From NCBI GenBank assembly GCA_964035545.1, contig OZ037769.1:7669929-7733928 (forward strand): a stretch of DNA of 64,000 nucleotides, given 5' to 3'. The position numbers and the translations under genes are program-made. Positions 37,306-51,084 of the stretch are shown here, piece by piece. This DNA is from Bugula neritina. Lineage: Eukaryota; Animalia; Bryozoa. The notes beneath the pieces are model-generated. The model was not told where the DNA came from, made no database searches, and saw nothing but the letters and a program-made list of their open reading frames with translations. Position 1 is the first letter of the stretch. Each line of letters starts with the position of its first letter.

Positions 37306-40300
37306 TAGCAAAATAATATTATAATATTTTCAGTAACTTTGCCTATACATAGCTTATAAAAATGTTTAATATAAAAACTTATTTATTTATAAAATATATA
37401 ATCATATACATTAACCCATTGTATGCTTAATTTCAGTGTTACAATAACTTTTATTTCTTCGAATTCTTTGTAGAATAGGCCACTTTGAGAGTTATATTAT
37501 GGTTAGAGTATGATCATCATACCATGTGGGCTTTTGGACAAACCACATACCTCTCCAAATGCCTGATCTAGCTCAGAAAAGTGGTATTAACTCTCAGAAT
37601 TCCTTTCCTTATTATCAATGGCAAAACTCCGCCAATGCTAGCTACATAATGATACATTGTAGAAAGGAGCCAAGTGTTGAGGGAGCCTTCAATGTGGAAG
37701 TTATCATCTCTTGATAAGAAGTATTGTTGACTACTCACTAGAGCCAATATCTGGATGATTATTCAATGCTTTAACTCGTGAACATTGCTCACTCAGAAAG
37801 TTTCTTGTATTATACTTGCTTAGTGATAAGATAATCTAGACATCTTGTGATTAGCTTTACTATAAGAATGAATCAACTACCAAGCTCAGAGTTCTGAATT
37901 TTTTCAAAGCAGTATAACTCACATAGTTACTCTGTAGGGATTCAAGGAACATTATGGAAAAGCATTTTGCTGCAAACAAAGTCGCACAGTATATTCAAGT
38001 ACTATGATTTTATTGGTTTCACTTTCATTGGTTGTTTGGTATAAAAATGTCAAGTGAAATTTCATAGTACAACAACCGTCTATTTAATAATATAGTAGCC
38101 CATATTGTTCACTCCATGTGTACAGAATATGATGATGAAACCCTGATAACATGGATACTAAGGCTTATATTATACTGGCTGCAAATTTTCTTACAGCAGT
38201 ATTTATTAGAACTCATGCAAAAAAAATATTACAGAGAAATTAATTTTTAGTAATCAATGAACATTAGAGGCCCAAAATATTATTTGGCAAGAAAGAGTAC
38301 TGTTTTATAAAATCTATTCAACCTAATTATAGATTAAAGAATGTGCAGTTTAGAGTGATCTCTTGATAAGCTCATTATTTGAAAGGTTTTGGACTGCTAT
38401 AACATAGTGGAAAAGGGCTGGTCTGATCATGCCACCCTGATATAGGAAGTCAAATCCTGTTGATAGAAGGCTATTTTAACATTAGCTATGTTTTTTTGTC
38501 TCAGTTTTGAGCCAAATTGTTTTCAAAGTTTCTATTATATTTATACTAGCTGGATAATGTCTCGCACATAACACTTATACTACTACAATGGTAGGGAGCA
38601 CAACTCCTGTAGCCTGTATAGTCTGATTCAGTTTAGATAAATGCTTCATCTTATGTGTGAAATACACCAGTAGAGTGCTTACTATTGCAGAGTACATAGC
38701 CCTATTTATAGCTTTAGAAATTCTTTCTCCGTAGGAGGAGGGGGGAGGGAGTCATGTAATTTATTGTAAATGGTTTGACAGCACAAGTAATTGTAAAAAA
38801 TTCATTTTACTCTACACAAGTATGAAACAATCTTACAACAATAACGCTACTCACATTTGTGGGCTATTATATGATAATAGAGGCAATTATAAAGACCTTA
38901 ATGATAATCATTGCATTTGCAAGTATAGTATATATAAGTTATGTACTAAGAACAAGAACATGAAACTAAAAATCTGAAATTTCTATTCATCAGTTTAAGA
39001 GTTGACCATTGCAATATGATTGGAACAAACTTATCAATGGCTCTACTGTCAGTGAAATTGCTTCTAAAAGCTTCTCTTGAAGGCTTTAGTGAAACTATAG
39101 AGTTATCCTACTCTCTTAGGTAGGACAACCCTTCCAGCAAAGCAACTAAGTAAAAGTGTAGAGGTGGCTATTTATGGAATTTACGTATTTGTGTATTACA
39201 ACGCCTAGAACTTGAATATTAATTATTTTGTCATTAAAACTTTTATTTTTTAATTTTTTATATAATAAAAAACATATATATGTGTAAGATCTAACACATA
39301 AAATTACTTTTTAAAAACTTCTAGCAGTTGTTAAGAATTCTGTTGAAGCGGCCGTAGGCTGTAACGTGGCCATAAATTGTTTTTATACCCTGGATAAGTT
39401 GTAAACAAAGGACGATTGAGCTGCAAATAAATTAGGTTGACTCCACGTAGGATTTACATTCAATTTTTGAGAGCCTAGATCTTGGTTGGGTGTAGTTTTA
39501 ATAGTTAGCACTTTCTTGCTAGTATTGAAGATCAATTTTTATAGTTAGAAGCGGTACAAAGTGTTTTTCACAAGTTCGAACTAAACATTTGTGTTGGACG
39601 AGCAAGACACTCCTAGTCTGAGTCTCAGTCTGATTTCGAGGGATTCAATTTCATATTCACATTGATTTTGAAATTTACATTTTAGTCTTTTCAGTTTTCT
39701 GGTACCGACACACAATTATCCTGTTCACTTTTTAGTTTCAATCAATACTTTTGATCGCAACTGAATAGCTGTAGTTTTAAGTTGAGGCGTAAGTTGAATT
39801 ACAATTGCAATAGAAACTCAAACTGAAAGTCACCGATAGGCGATATATTTCAAGTGAGTCTCATATTTTTACTTGAATTATTGTCACTAATAATAATTAT
39901 AATCATAATTAATATAATGTGAATATTAGTGTAACTTTACAGCTACTTATAATTGTTATCATAGTGATAATGTTGACTCATGACTGCTAAATTCTAAAGC
40001 CTAAGGCCAATGCCATGGTCTATCATCATCATGCATGTCTAAAAGTTAAAGTAGTTGAATTTGATTAATTAAAAATTATATTTGGCTAAGAATTTTGGTT
40101 GATTTCCCTGCTAGTTGTATAATACTTGTAGGGCTGGATCTTATAAAAACTAAAAAGTAGACTTTCTCAATAACAATGTGAATGTAAATATTTCTAATTG
40201 TTTTCTCCTTAGTTTGCAATAGCTTAGCTTTAAATATATAGGTAACCACATTTATATGTAAGCATTAGTTAGCCATCAAATGACTGAATTATGTCATATA

Positions 40301-40414
40301 TTTCAAAATAACCCAAATATCGGTCAGTTCTCTGAACAAAATAAAATTGCTATTTTAGAATTAAGTAAGCAATTGATTACTCCGCATTTAATGGTTTAAT
40401 TAATTTTTGCAGTG

Positions 40415-42585
40415 ATGAAGAAGCCAGAAGATCCAATCACTGGAGAGTTTTCAGAGTTTATGTGGATGGCAGAAGATGGTGCAGAAGAAGGCCTTGAACA
40501 GCAGGCAAGTCTCTTTCTCATATTTACTACTGTCAAGTCTTGTAGAAAGCGGCATGGCTAGTTTATACTGAAAAATGTTTAATTTCATGATTTTCATTTT
40601 AAAGGTGGAAGAAGAGATGGAGTTGATTGAACAAGACTTTTTAGAAGCCATGTTTGATGATTTGCTAAGAGAAGAAGACGAGAGGGAGTCTTACTACGGC
40701 CCCCCTGACGAGTATCATGACCAGCAACCAAGTGCTATGTTCGGTTGGAGTATGCAGTTGCCAAAGGTACGCTAAGTCTGTATTATATTTGAGTAAGCAG
40801 TCTTCAAAGAGACAAGCTAGGCTTTTTGTTTTAGGCATCATCAAACATTATAAAGTCTATTCTCAAAACAATGAGGTTCATACACATGTAAGATATTTCA
40901 GCAGTCAGTTTTACCCCGTAGATGATATCTAGTGTTTTGAGCACAGTGGCTCTGTATCGTATTAGTGTTACAGCCATCTCCTGCAGTGATGCATTGCATG
41001 TCATTAATAATTGTAGAAATGTAGTTATTATAGATAGGAAATTGTTGTAAAAAAAAATGGTTAGCATTTCCAGTTGAAACAAATGCAATATAATATTCAA
41101 ATGAATTTGATAGCACTCTAATGCAGTTGTCGGTCAATGCAGCTATTATAAGGACACTTTGTACAATATAATATGTAGCCGGGCAAGTGAATCTGCCAAC
41201 CTTCTGGCTGTTAACCCTCAACAACACATTGTGTCCTGCCTTCTCATAATCTTCTTTGACATCAAGTCTGTGCTATCTGAAATTTCACAGTAATTCAGTT
41301 GTACAATCATGGTGGTTGTTCAGGTCAATTCATCATTGCCAGTTAGTGTGCCACGCAATATTGATGATTCATTCTTGCTTAAACTATGACAGCATGATCT
41401 AGTAACAGGCCAGCTTAATATGATAGGTAATTATCATCAGCCTCCTTTATTCTTGTATACGCAGTGCATACCACAGTGCATACCTGACTGAATCACCTCC
41501 TTGGGTTACTTGAAACTAGTTATTAAACCTGGGTGTGGGCTGACATAGACAGCAGTCTATCTAATTTTGGTCTAGTGAGATATTTAGTAGCACTACGTTG
41601 TCACCTGCTGCAGTGTAAACTGCTTATGCTTTACTACTTCACAGCTGGGTGCTAATAACTGGCTGTAATCCAGTCTCACATAACAAGGAGTGACATAAAG
41701 TTCACTAACTATACAGCAGAGAAGGGGCTAAAGAGCACTTTTTGTGAACTAACTGCCATTGTTTGTTGCCAAAAATACTCTATTGCCAAATTGAATTGCC
41801 AGTCAGTCGCCCACTTAGATTCGTTGTAAACAATTTAATGACCCATTATTCGTGACCTAATAATATAACGCCACTCAAGTTGATTGTATTGTTGAAGCCA
41901 ACAAGCCTGCGTTTCAACTAACTATACTGTGAGTTTAGTAGGACTGGAATCAATAAGGGCTGGTGTATGCAATGCTCCCAACCATAAGCTAACTTTATTT
42001 AAGAGATTCATCTCCGTTGATTGGCTGTTGCAACACTTCCACATAGGAGTCATTAGTCATGTTACCTTGGTATCCATCATTTCTAGATAGTTCTCTTACA
42101 TCAACTGCTACAAGCTCTACCATCATATATTAGGGGTTTATGGTGGCCAACAACCAATAATATCTTTAATGTAGAGCACTTTACAACTATATGACTGTTA
42201 CAACCAGCATTAACTGCAGTTTCTCTGTAATTTCCAGTATATTCTAGTCTGCGTCACATGTTGACTTTATCTCCTTTTCCTGATAATTCCACAATGATTT
42301 TAAATTGATGCAATATTTTATCTGTTGGCTTTTATTCAATAAATATTTATCATTAGCTGAGTCTTCCATACAGTGAAACTGCATTGTTTCCTGATTCATC
42401 TGTAGGTGACCCTCATGACGTAACTTTCCTGCAATATATTACATATAAATATTATATAACACTTGGGATAGCAGCCTGCTCTGGCAAATGTTGTTAAGAA
42501 TTACTTTATTTTCTAGATTGAAAGTCAACTGAACCCTAACGCTCCAGAGTTCGTACCCAGAGTGTCTCAGAATGCTGGCTGTTAG
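40415..42585 (+). CDS. PAIP2: Poly(A)-binding protein-interacting protein 2, 106 aa. Exons 40415-40504, 40605-40766, 42517-42585
   Basis: FSEFMWMAE, acidic PAM1 region, C-terminal PAM2 motif SQLNPNAPEFVP; first coding intron is GC-AG. Confidence 0.92.
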
Positions 42586-43069
42586 CTCGGCATCTGATCA
42601 ACTATTTGGTGGAGGATACAAGCTGCACCAAATTGGAATTCTACTAACTAAACTTATTAACACTAAAATATTCATACTGTCATACAGTGTACATTGTCAT
42701 GTCAAAGTGTTGTTCTATATACATATTATATATTCTATAAGAATGCTTTTATACAAGAATGCTCGGGATACTGCAGTGGAAAATATGTTACAGAAAAATT
42801 ATAAAATCTGTGATAATGACCAAAAATGTAGATATTTATATACACAGTATTTTAGATGGATAATGTTATTATGTTATATCTTTTGCTATTTTTCACGTTC
42901 TGTACACAACCTACTTTGTAGTGTGGCCTAATAACTGCTGAGTATGTATTTACAGTGTTGAAAGTAGACATAGTAAAGATGGCTAGCTTTAACTTCCTGT
43001 ACCAATCAAATCAGTTTTATTTCGTCCAGACTTGACTCAGCCTATCAGCATTCCTAATCATTGTAGTAA

Positions 43070-43177
43070 CAGTATAGACTGAGAGTGTATAGACTGGGGG
43101 TGTATAGCCTGGGGGTGTATAGCCTGGGGGTGTATAGCCTGGGGGTGTATAGCCTGGGGGTGTATAGCCTGGGGGTG
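43070..43177. repeat. 15-bp G-rich minisatellite (GGGGGTGTATAGCCT)n
   Basis: Six G5 tracts at 15-bp spacing. Confidence 0.95.
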
Positions 43178-44541
43178 ACTGGCTGGTCTATTACAGACCA
43201 TGCTATGAACAAGTCTAAATAGAATCTTTGATTTATGGTGCTTTTGAGTGCTGCAGCTTCTTTGCTGTTTATTGCTGATACTGTATTTCACTATTGCTGT
43301 TTATTATTTTAATGGCTGCCTATATCATTGTATAGAACTTTAGTATATACTTGTAAAGAATCGATTGTGCATAACTTGTAAATTTATCAATCTTTTTAAC
43401 GACTAGTCTTACAAATATTATAATTTTTATCAGAGAACAATTTATTGATAGAAACCAAGATTGATTTTTGTTTTTCACATTTCAAAAATTTTGTAGCATC
43501 CCATCCGTTCCTTGTAAAATTTGCATTTTATTATTTTAAATTTATAAATAAAGCAAATGTGGTGTTACTTGGTGACTGATTATTTAGTCTGAAGTTTGCA
43601 CGTAAGTTACTCAAACGTGATATAAAAGGAGGTTGTTGCTGGTAAATTGCCAGAAGAAATGAAAACACTGCAAAAAGCAAGGGATTTCACAAGTAGGCCT
43701 TTATTGGCTTGTAACTGAATTGCAGCTGAAATGGTTGTCTTCCAAATGTTTGCACCTCTCGAGTTGGCATGTTTCAGAAGTCTGTCAATGTCTTATACTG
43801 ATTATATTACATCTGAAGCAATATCTGTGTAATGCTGCTCCTAACACCTTGGAGCAATGCTGTACAGGTACATTGTACACTATAAGCAGTGGCACTAATT
43901 TTTATGAGTGTATTTTATCTCGAATGCAGATATGTGCACCCTATAGAAACCATATTTTGCTTTAGAAATATGATTTTTCCATACAGGACCTTTTTAATTA
44001 AAAGCCTAAGTTAGTTACTATTTTATATGTTTCATAAAAACTGCTCAAACAGTTGAGATAAAAGCATTATTTTAAAGGTAAATTCTCTATCATTGGAAAA
44101 TCTTCTTTGTGATACTAAATTCATACATCGACTAAATCACCTGCATTTGGGTGAATGTTTGACACTGTATACCAGATAAAACTTTTACAGAAAAATCCCA
44201 TAATAAAAAGTGAGAACATTCATGCTTTCAGTACAGCTATATTTAGTATCAAAACTTTGACATATTAAAAAGTGGCAAAACTGATTTAACTGTGCTATTT
44301 TTAAGGTGACAAAACTAGGTATGCACATATTGCAAGATGAAAACTGTCGTGCAGAAGTGTAACTGAAAAGGTCGAAGGTTATGTAAGCAATATAATCTTT
44401 AGTGTCTAGGAATTTTGTTAGTAACTTCTACAATAAGTTCTGACCTCCGAACTGACAGTGACAGCAACAGTCTTAACACGCCATACTGCTTACTCACTAC
44501 TGCAAGGTGGACATCCTTACTAGAACATACACTGATTAAAG

Positions 44542-46561
44542 ATGAGTAAGATCAAGTCTCCCAAAACCTTTGTGCCAGCATATCACAAGAGTGGTGTAAG
44601 CAGCAAGATGAAGTACAGACAGCTGGGAAACACTGATATGCACGTGTCGTATCTGGGACTTGGAGCCTCTGCTTTTGGCTCTGTGTTCAGACCAACGGAT
44701 GATACTGAGGCGTGCGAGGTGGTGGACAAGCTGCTACAATCAGGTATAAACTACATTGACACGGCTCCTTGGTATGGTCATGGCAAATCAGAAAGAGTCC
44801 TGGGAGAAGCTTTGAAGAACATTCCCCGAGAAGCATACTACATTGCAACCAAAGTAGGCCGCTATGACCCTCAGCCAGATAAGATGTTTGATTTCACTTA
44901 TGAAAGAACTGTTAAAAGTATTGACGAGAGTTTGGAGCGGCTGGGGTTGCCCTCTGTTGACCTCATCCAGGTTCACGATGTAGAGTTCTCTCCTTCTATA
45001 GATCTTATACTTAATGAAACTTTACCGGCCTTACAAAAGGCTAAGGATGAAGGAAAGACCCACTATATTGGCAAGTACATGTAGAGCTTCATTACAAGTT
45101 CTTTCAACTGTAGGAAAAGGTCAGGACTTCTACCTAGTAATATCCTACTAGTCTTGGTTGGTGATTAGCAGTCATACAATCTTGTTTAAGCAAGTAGTTG
45201 TAGGGAAATTAAAGATTCGCTAATAGAAAGTTATATATATATGTACTTTCAATAGAAACTTTTATAGCTAGAAAGAGTAGCACAGGGCTAATGCTCAATA
45301 TCTTCAACTATATATTCTAGTCCACACTCAGTACTTCAACTAGATGAGCAGTTAGGTAGCCGCACACCATTTGTATACATAAGGATTAATTTTCTCACTG
45401 GTGATCATCTTGCACAAGCCTGGTTGCTTGAGCATTATATGAAACCCATTTTGTATCATAATCCATCACAGCCGTCGTAACTTATGCATGTGTGTCATTT
45501 ACCATTGAGGGTAATTTGCAAATTAATACTTTAGAATAGGTGGAGATGGCATATTGCCATAGTTACACAAGTATAGTTCAGTGAGAAAACTTACTAGGAA
45601 TGTATATTAATAGTGCTCTTATACGTGTGCATGCAAGTTAATTATGAGTATATGAAATTAAATATCACCCTAAATTATATATTCATCTCTTGGAGTTTTT
45701 CATCAAATGAAATTCAACATATTATGTTAAAATGACTGTCACGGGGAGCAGCCCTACTGGTTATGTCTACACCACCTTACACTGCATTGAACATACATAT
45801 ATGCTAATAACTATCAAATATTTGGAAACCCTTCCCTTTTAGTTTTCAAAAGTGTAGACTGTAGGTTAACTAATTTATTCTGTGGTAATAAAAAATAGCC
45901 AGTTTAACCCAATATATTATTGTAGGTGTAACAGGTTACCCATTAAGTGTGCTGCAGGAAATTATTGAGAAGAGTAAGGTTAAAATTGATACAGTGCTAA
46001 CCTACTGTAGATACAGTATGAACGACACAACTCTCTTGCAGTATAAAGAGTTTTTTCAACAGAAGGGTGAGCCTAGTTACCATACTAGATAATAATATAA
46101 TGATATAGATAATATTATAATCTAACAAAAGGTATTATCAAGAAGTAATCACTATATCACAAGATCTTATTCTAGGTGTTGGTGTCATCAATGCATCTCC
46201 TATATCAATGGGACTCCTGACAAGTAGAGGACCTCCAGAATGGCACCCGGCTAGAAAGTACCGACCAGAATTGGTGGAGGCGTGTGAGAATGCAGCTAAA
46301 TATTGCGAGTCTGTGGGGGTAGACCTATCACGACTAGCTCTACACTTTAGCTTGTCGGAAGACGATTGTAGTACTTGTTTGGTAAGTACCGCCAGCCTGA
46401 AGAACGCTCAGCGTAACCTTGATGTCATAGAGAACCCACTAAGTGAAGAGGAGAGCCAAGTGCTGGAGCATGTCATGGATAAATATATGAAGCCACTTAA
46501 TAATGCCAACTGGGAGGGGCTCGAGACAGCCGCCCTCAAACGAGGAGAATTTGTTGGGTGA
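44542..46561 (+). CDS. Aldo-keto reductase, L-galactose / D-arabinose dehydrogenase-like, 351 aa. Exons 44542-45070, 45926-46066, 46176-46561
   Basis: YRQLGNT, catalytic tetrad (IDTAPWYG, ATKVGRY, QVHDVEF), YIGVTGYPL across a GC-AG intron, MGLLTSRGPPEWHPA. Confidence 0.92.
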
Positions 46562-46952
46562 CTCTCAACTTTATTTGACTAACTTTTTATCAAGCAAGAA
46601 TTTCTTTCTTTTGTAAATTACAATAATGCTCTTCTACAGTCAGTGCATAGTTTATTAGTTTATTAGTATTGTGAATAGCACATATTTTATTTGTTATAGA
46701 TACTGATATAATATAATGAAATAACTAAGAGATATAATATGGAAAAATGTTGAATTTTCTGTAAAGCCAAATAACTTTTGCAATAGACATTAAAGCTTTG
46801 CTTAGCTAAGATATGACAAATTGTCTCATTATTTTAAGAAAACAGATGTGACATTCTCATTTTCCTGATTTGACTCTGTAGTGACAGTTGAACACTGACA
46901 ACTCCCATCAATAATAATTCACACCACTGGAGCACAACTCCTAAGCTGAATA

Positions 46953-48325
46953 CTACCGCCTCTTTTTCTTACTTTCCTCTTCAGCCGCTTTCCTCTCATA
47001 AATACCACATAAAACTTTAAACTCATCGGCTATTTCTTGGGCTGTAAGATTCTGTGTTTTAAATAATGCGTTATCTCCATTATCTACAATAATATAACGC
47101 TGTACAATAGAAGGTGGTATATCCTACAGTTTACACCATCTGTAAACACTGATTATCAAACCCAAGACAATACAATGCCAACTCTCTCCTTCAAATCAGA
47201 TTTATTCTTATCTAAAATCATAAAACTGACTTGGTGACTTTTCCAAAGAAAGAGTTTAGAATATACGACACAATGAATTCAAAGCTTGGCATTTTTTGCC
47301 GAGACATTGATTACATATTCAAAAGTTGTTACAATCTACCAACTATAAGATTCACTCTCATATTTTGTACCATTAGATGTTCACTTTATGTTTCATACAA
47401 AATGAGGGGTAAATTCCACCTCCAGCTTAGAATGTGCCTACGGAAGTTAGGTCTAAATCATACAGAAATGTTACTTACTAAACTTAACCTGCATGCTGGG
47501 CTCAGAACGATCACAAACTACATTCAGTTTGACATTACATTTGAAATTGGTTTGGCGGATTTTAGGAGTGTCAAGATGAAAGGCAAATGATCTGCAACAA
47601 ACGTAAACATATGAAACAAACATATAATAAAGTTCAGCAAAATACAAATATAATATAATAAAGTTCAATACGAGAATTGGCTAATCTCGACTGCAGAATA
47701 AAATTAATTAGAACAAAGGTAATGTCAATTTAGAGTAACAACTCTCATCAAGCACTGAAAAAGAAAATTAAGTACAAACTGTTCATTTATTACTGGTGAA
47801 TATGATTAGAAGTAGTCAAAATCTTTATCATAATCCAACGGTTTTTAATATGATCATTCAACAGGAACTATTCCTTGCCAATAGTGCCATTACTCAAACG
47901 TGAATGAAATTGCCCTGGGCAGCTATGCAGATTTATGATCAATGCTAAAGTTATATATTGTCTAGTTAAGCCAGTAAAATTCTTGCTTTGTATGATTTTT
48001 TCTATGACTTCAGCTCTAAACCAGGCTAACAGAATTAGGTAAGAAATATTTTTTTGCTTTCCGGTAAAAAAAATATAATTTTACAAAATTAGGGTCACTT
48101 ACTTGAAAAAGAAAATTTGGCACTTTCATATTTTTAATAAAAAGCATTGTTTAAATACCTGATTGACTCTGCCTGTTTTCCTGTAAATGGATCAAACATC
48201 ATTTCTACCCTAGAAACCTGTGTAAGCTGCACACCTCTCATTGCTTGATAAAAGCTAGTAGCAGGATCATTCAGCTTTCCAATGCTAGGAATATACCTGA
48301 TGCCATATTTGTACCCCCTTGACAT
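46953..48325 (-). CDS. MRPL53: Mitochondrial ribosomal protein mL53, 136 aa. Exons 48325-48159, 47591-47479, 47083-46953
   Basis: FDPF...SIRSF...KIRQTNFKC.V...VVCDRSEP..QVKF..G....FKTQNLTAQEI; exon phases consistent. Confidence 0.85.
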
Positions 48326-49029
48326 GGTGTTATAGTATAACAAATATATTTAATATCTATATTTGCTGGAGCTTCTAAACCTAAAAAATAGATGATGAGC
48401 AATAAATAGAAAGTTGAACTAAGCTCCCTGCTCTTATTCCATTATAAATTCTAAAGCAAAGTATAACAACTAAAAACAAAAAAAAGCTTAGAAACCATAG
48501 TTTAAAGATTATTTGTGGGTTAGAGTTATTGGTCTTGGTGTGCCTTGATAGTGGCCACTGCTTAATTTTACGTATAACTTGTTACTACTAATCTGGAGCT
48601 GTGATATGATGCATCTTGCAACCATTTGCAGCCCACGATGTAAATAAACAGCAGAAATAACAATGGCTTTCAAGGTTACTGTCAAGTCACCTTTTTAGTT
48701 ATTGTTGTTATGATTATTTTAGAGATTCACTATTAACTCAACAGTAATTATTGAACAATTCTACTTACTCATATTAATTAGTTATTACTGAATTAGTAAT
48801 TAAATTACTAATTTACTAACTTTTTAAAAGAAATATATATTTTCTTTCTTTATATAAAATAGTATTAAAATTATGAACATAATCATAATGACCCTAGCAA
48901 TGAGCTAAACCTGATTCCAATTCACACTGACTCGAGTATTTGAAACTCAATGTCTCGTGTCAACAGATTTGCTTACTATCATTTAATTGAATTTACTAAA
49001 ACCATTTGATTGAGCATGTCAAAGTTGAT

Positions 49030-49075
49030 CCCCGCTACCCGAGCAAGAGAGAGCGGAGATATATAGGTGAAGATT
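49030..49075 (+). mobile_element. Micro-retroposon copy 2 (46 bp) with 11-bp TSD
   Basis: CCCCGCTACCCGAGCAAGAGAGAGCGGAGATATATAGGTGAAGATT between TCAAAGTTGAT repeats (49019-49029 and 49076-49086). Confidence 0.8.
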
Positions 49076-50042
49076 TCAAAGTTGATTCAAAGTCCAATTG
49101 AACTTCTAGTATCTATAGCAAATAAATATGATTTAATAGCCTTCTGAAATTGCTCAAAGTTACAACACCAATTAACTACAACTACAAATGATTTTAGGGT
49201 AATTTAAATTAACTCAATTTGAATCAAATTATTTAATTATAATACAACGAATGACCTGATCCGAACTTGATCTGGGAATTTTCTTCTAGACCATGACTTG
49301 GCTTGCTCAGTGTTAGAACTTTGACACAGATCTGATTTGAACTACTAAAATTTATATTACTAGGACTACCATTACAGTCACTAGACTATTACTTACAGCA
49401 TGCAACTACTACACCCATTCACCACAAATTTAAATTACTCGCACTGTGCTTAGATTTAGCATAACTATAAATGTAAGTATCACTATCAAAATGAGTATTC
49501 CTAGTGAGTAGTAGTACTACTACTAGTAGTAGAACTACATCTTGATCTAATTCTATTAAAGCTACTACTATAATTATAAGTATAACTATTAGTATTATTA
49601 TTAGCATTATCGGTGAGTACTACTACTAGTACTACTAATACTAGTGTACTACTACTAATGAGCACTTGTAGTGGGTAGTAGTATTACTAGTAGCACTACA
49701 TGTTAATCTAACACTATCAGTATTAGTTTTACAGTATAATACTTTTCTATTAGTATTAGCATTAAAGTAATTCTAATTCTAAGCAATAGTAGGGAATTAC
49801 TAATAGTGATAGTATTAGTATTACCATTATTATAAACTAACACAACTAGTTGTAGTACTTGCCGGTAATGCAATTGGTAAATGTAATAGTTATACTTACA
49901 CTAATATTGCTTTTTAGTAAAAAGGTAATGAAGTTTTCTTTTAAAATAAAAATATGGTAATAAATTTATACTAATATTAATAATAATAGTCAAGTGTTAC
50001 TGTTGGTGTTACTAGTAGTAGTACAGGTTTTACTAGTAGTAC

Positions 50043-50553
50043 AGGTTACTGTCGTCTTGTACACAAGTAGTTTCATACACCGGTCGCTTTGTATACAAAA
50101 TGGTCTTTCGTACACATACTGCTGTCCATTCTGTATATAAAATTAAAAATAAATTAATCCACTGAATAACAACTTGAATGGTACTAGTTTACTTATTTAT
50201 TGCATCCCAGCTTCTTCCCTCCTCCCCCTTTTTCTCTCTCTTTGAAACAAAAATGGATTAATTGACTATCTGCTGCCATCCAGTTCTACTGACAGTGAAA
50301 ACAATATCTAAACCAATAGAGCAGTTTCTCCGCAACATCTACATATCACAATAATAAACAAGCATGCAATGAAATGAAATGTGCAAGTTACTTGTGAGCA
50401 GCAATGTATGACCCATACATCAAATAATAAATAAATAGCAAAAATATTTTAGTTAATTTATATTGATGTGTAAAAAACGACTCATCAGATGTGCATGAAA
50501 CGACCTGAAAAAGTGAGTACGAAACGACTTGTGTGCGAAATGACCTGCACCCT
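50043..50553. mobile_element. Diverged MITE with GTCGTTTCGTACAC-type subterminal repeats
   Basis: Imperfect TIRs of about 38 bp; GTAGTAC on both flanks. Confidence 0.6.
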
Positions 50554-51013
50554 GTAGTACTACTACAACTACGTCTACTGACAGTGACTGTAAGTGATTA
50601 ACAGAACACCTAGTAGTAGTAGCAATAGTACAGTACAGTGAGTACCAGTACTACTAGAATTAGTACTGGTACTACTGTAGTACTAGTACTACTTACAGTC
50701 TTACTAGTTCTGTCTTGGTTTAAGTTAACTGCTAAGTACTACTACTAGTAGTAGTAGTAGTACTATTACTAATAGTAGTACTAGTAGTAGTAGTACTACT
50801 ATTAGTACTACTATTAGTAATAGAATATTAGTAATACTAATAGTAATAGTGATAATTATAATTCTAATTGTATTACTATTAGTATTACTACTAGTATTAG
50901 TACTACTATTAGTATCAACTAGTAATACTAGTATTAGATAAAGACTAAATGTAATACTAATAGTATAAGTAATACACTAATACTATTAGTATTAGTATTA
51001 CATTTAATCTTTA

Positions 51014-51084
51014 CCCGCTACCCGAACAGGACAAAGCGGAGATAGGTGAGAATCAGAATGAGAATAGGTGAGAAAATCAAAAAG
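51014..51084 (+). mobile_element. Micro-retroposon copy 3 (71 bp) with 15-bp TSD
   Basis: CCCGCTACCCGAACAGGACAAAGCGGAGATAGGTGAG plus tail, between TACATTTAATCTTTA repeats (50999-51013 and 51085-51099). Confidence 0.82.

Noticed and set aside
42572-43291. 119-aa and 77-aa ORFs after PAIP2
   Set aside because: AT-rich 3' UTR and translation of the 15-bp repeat
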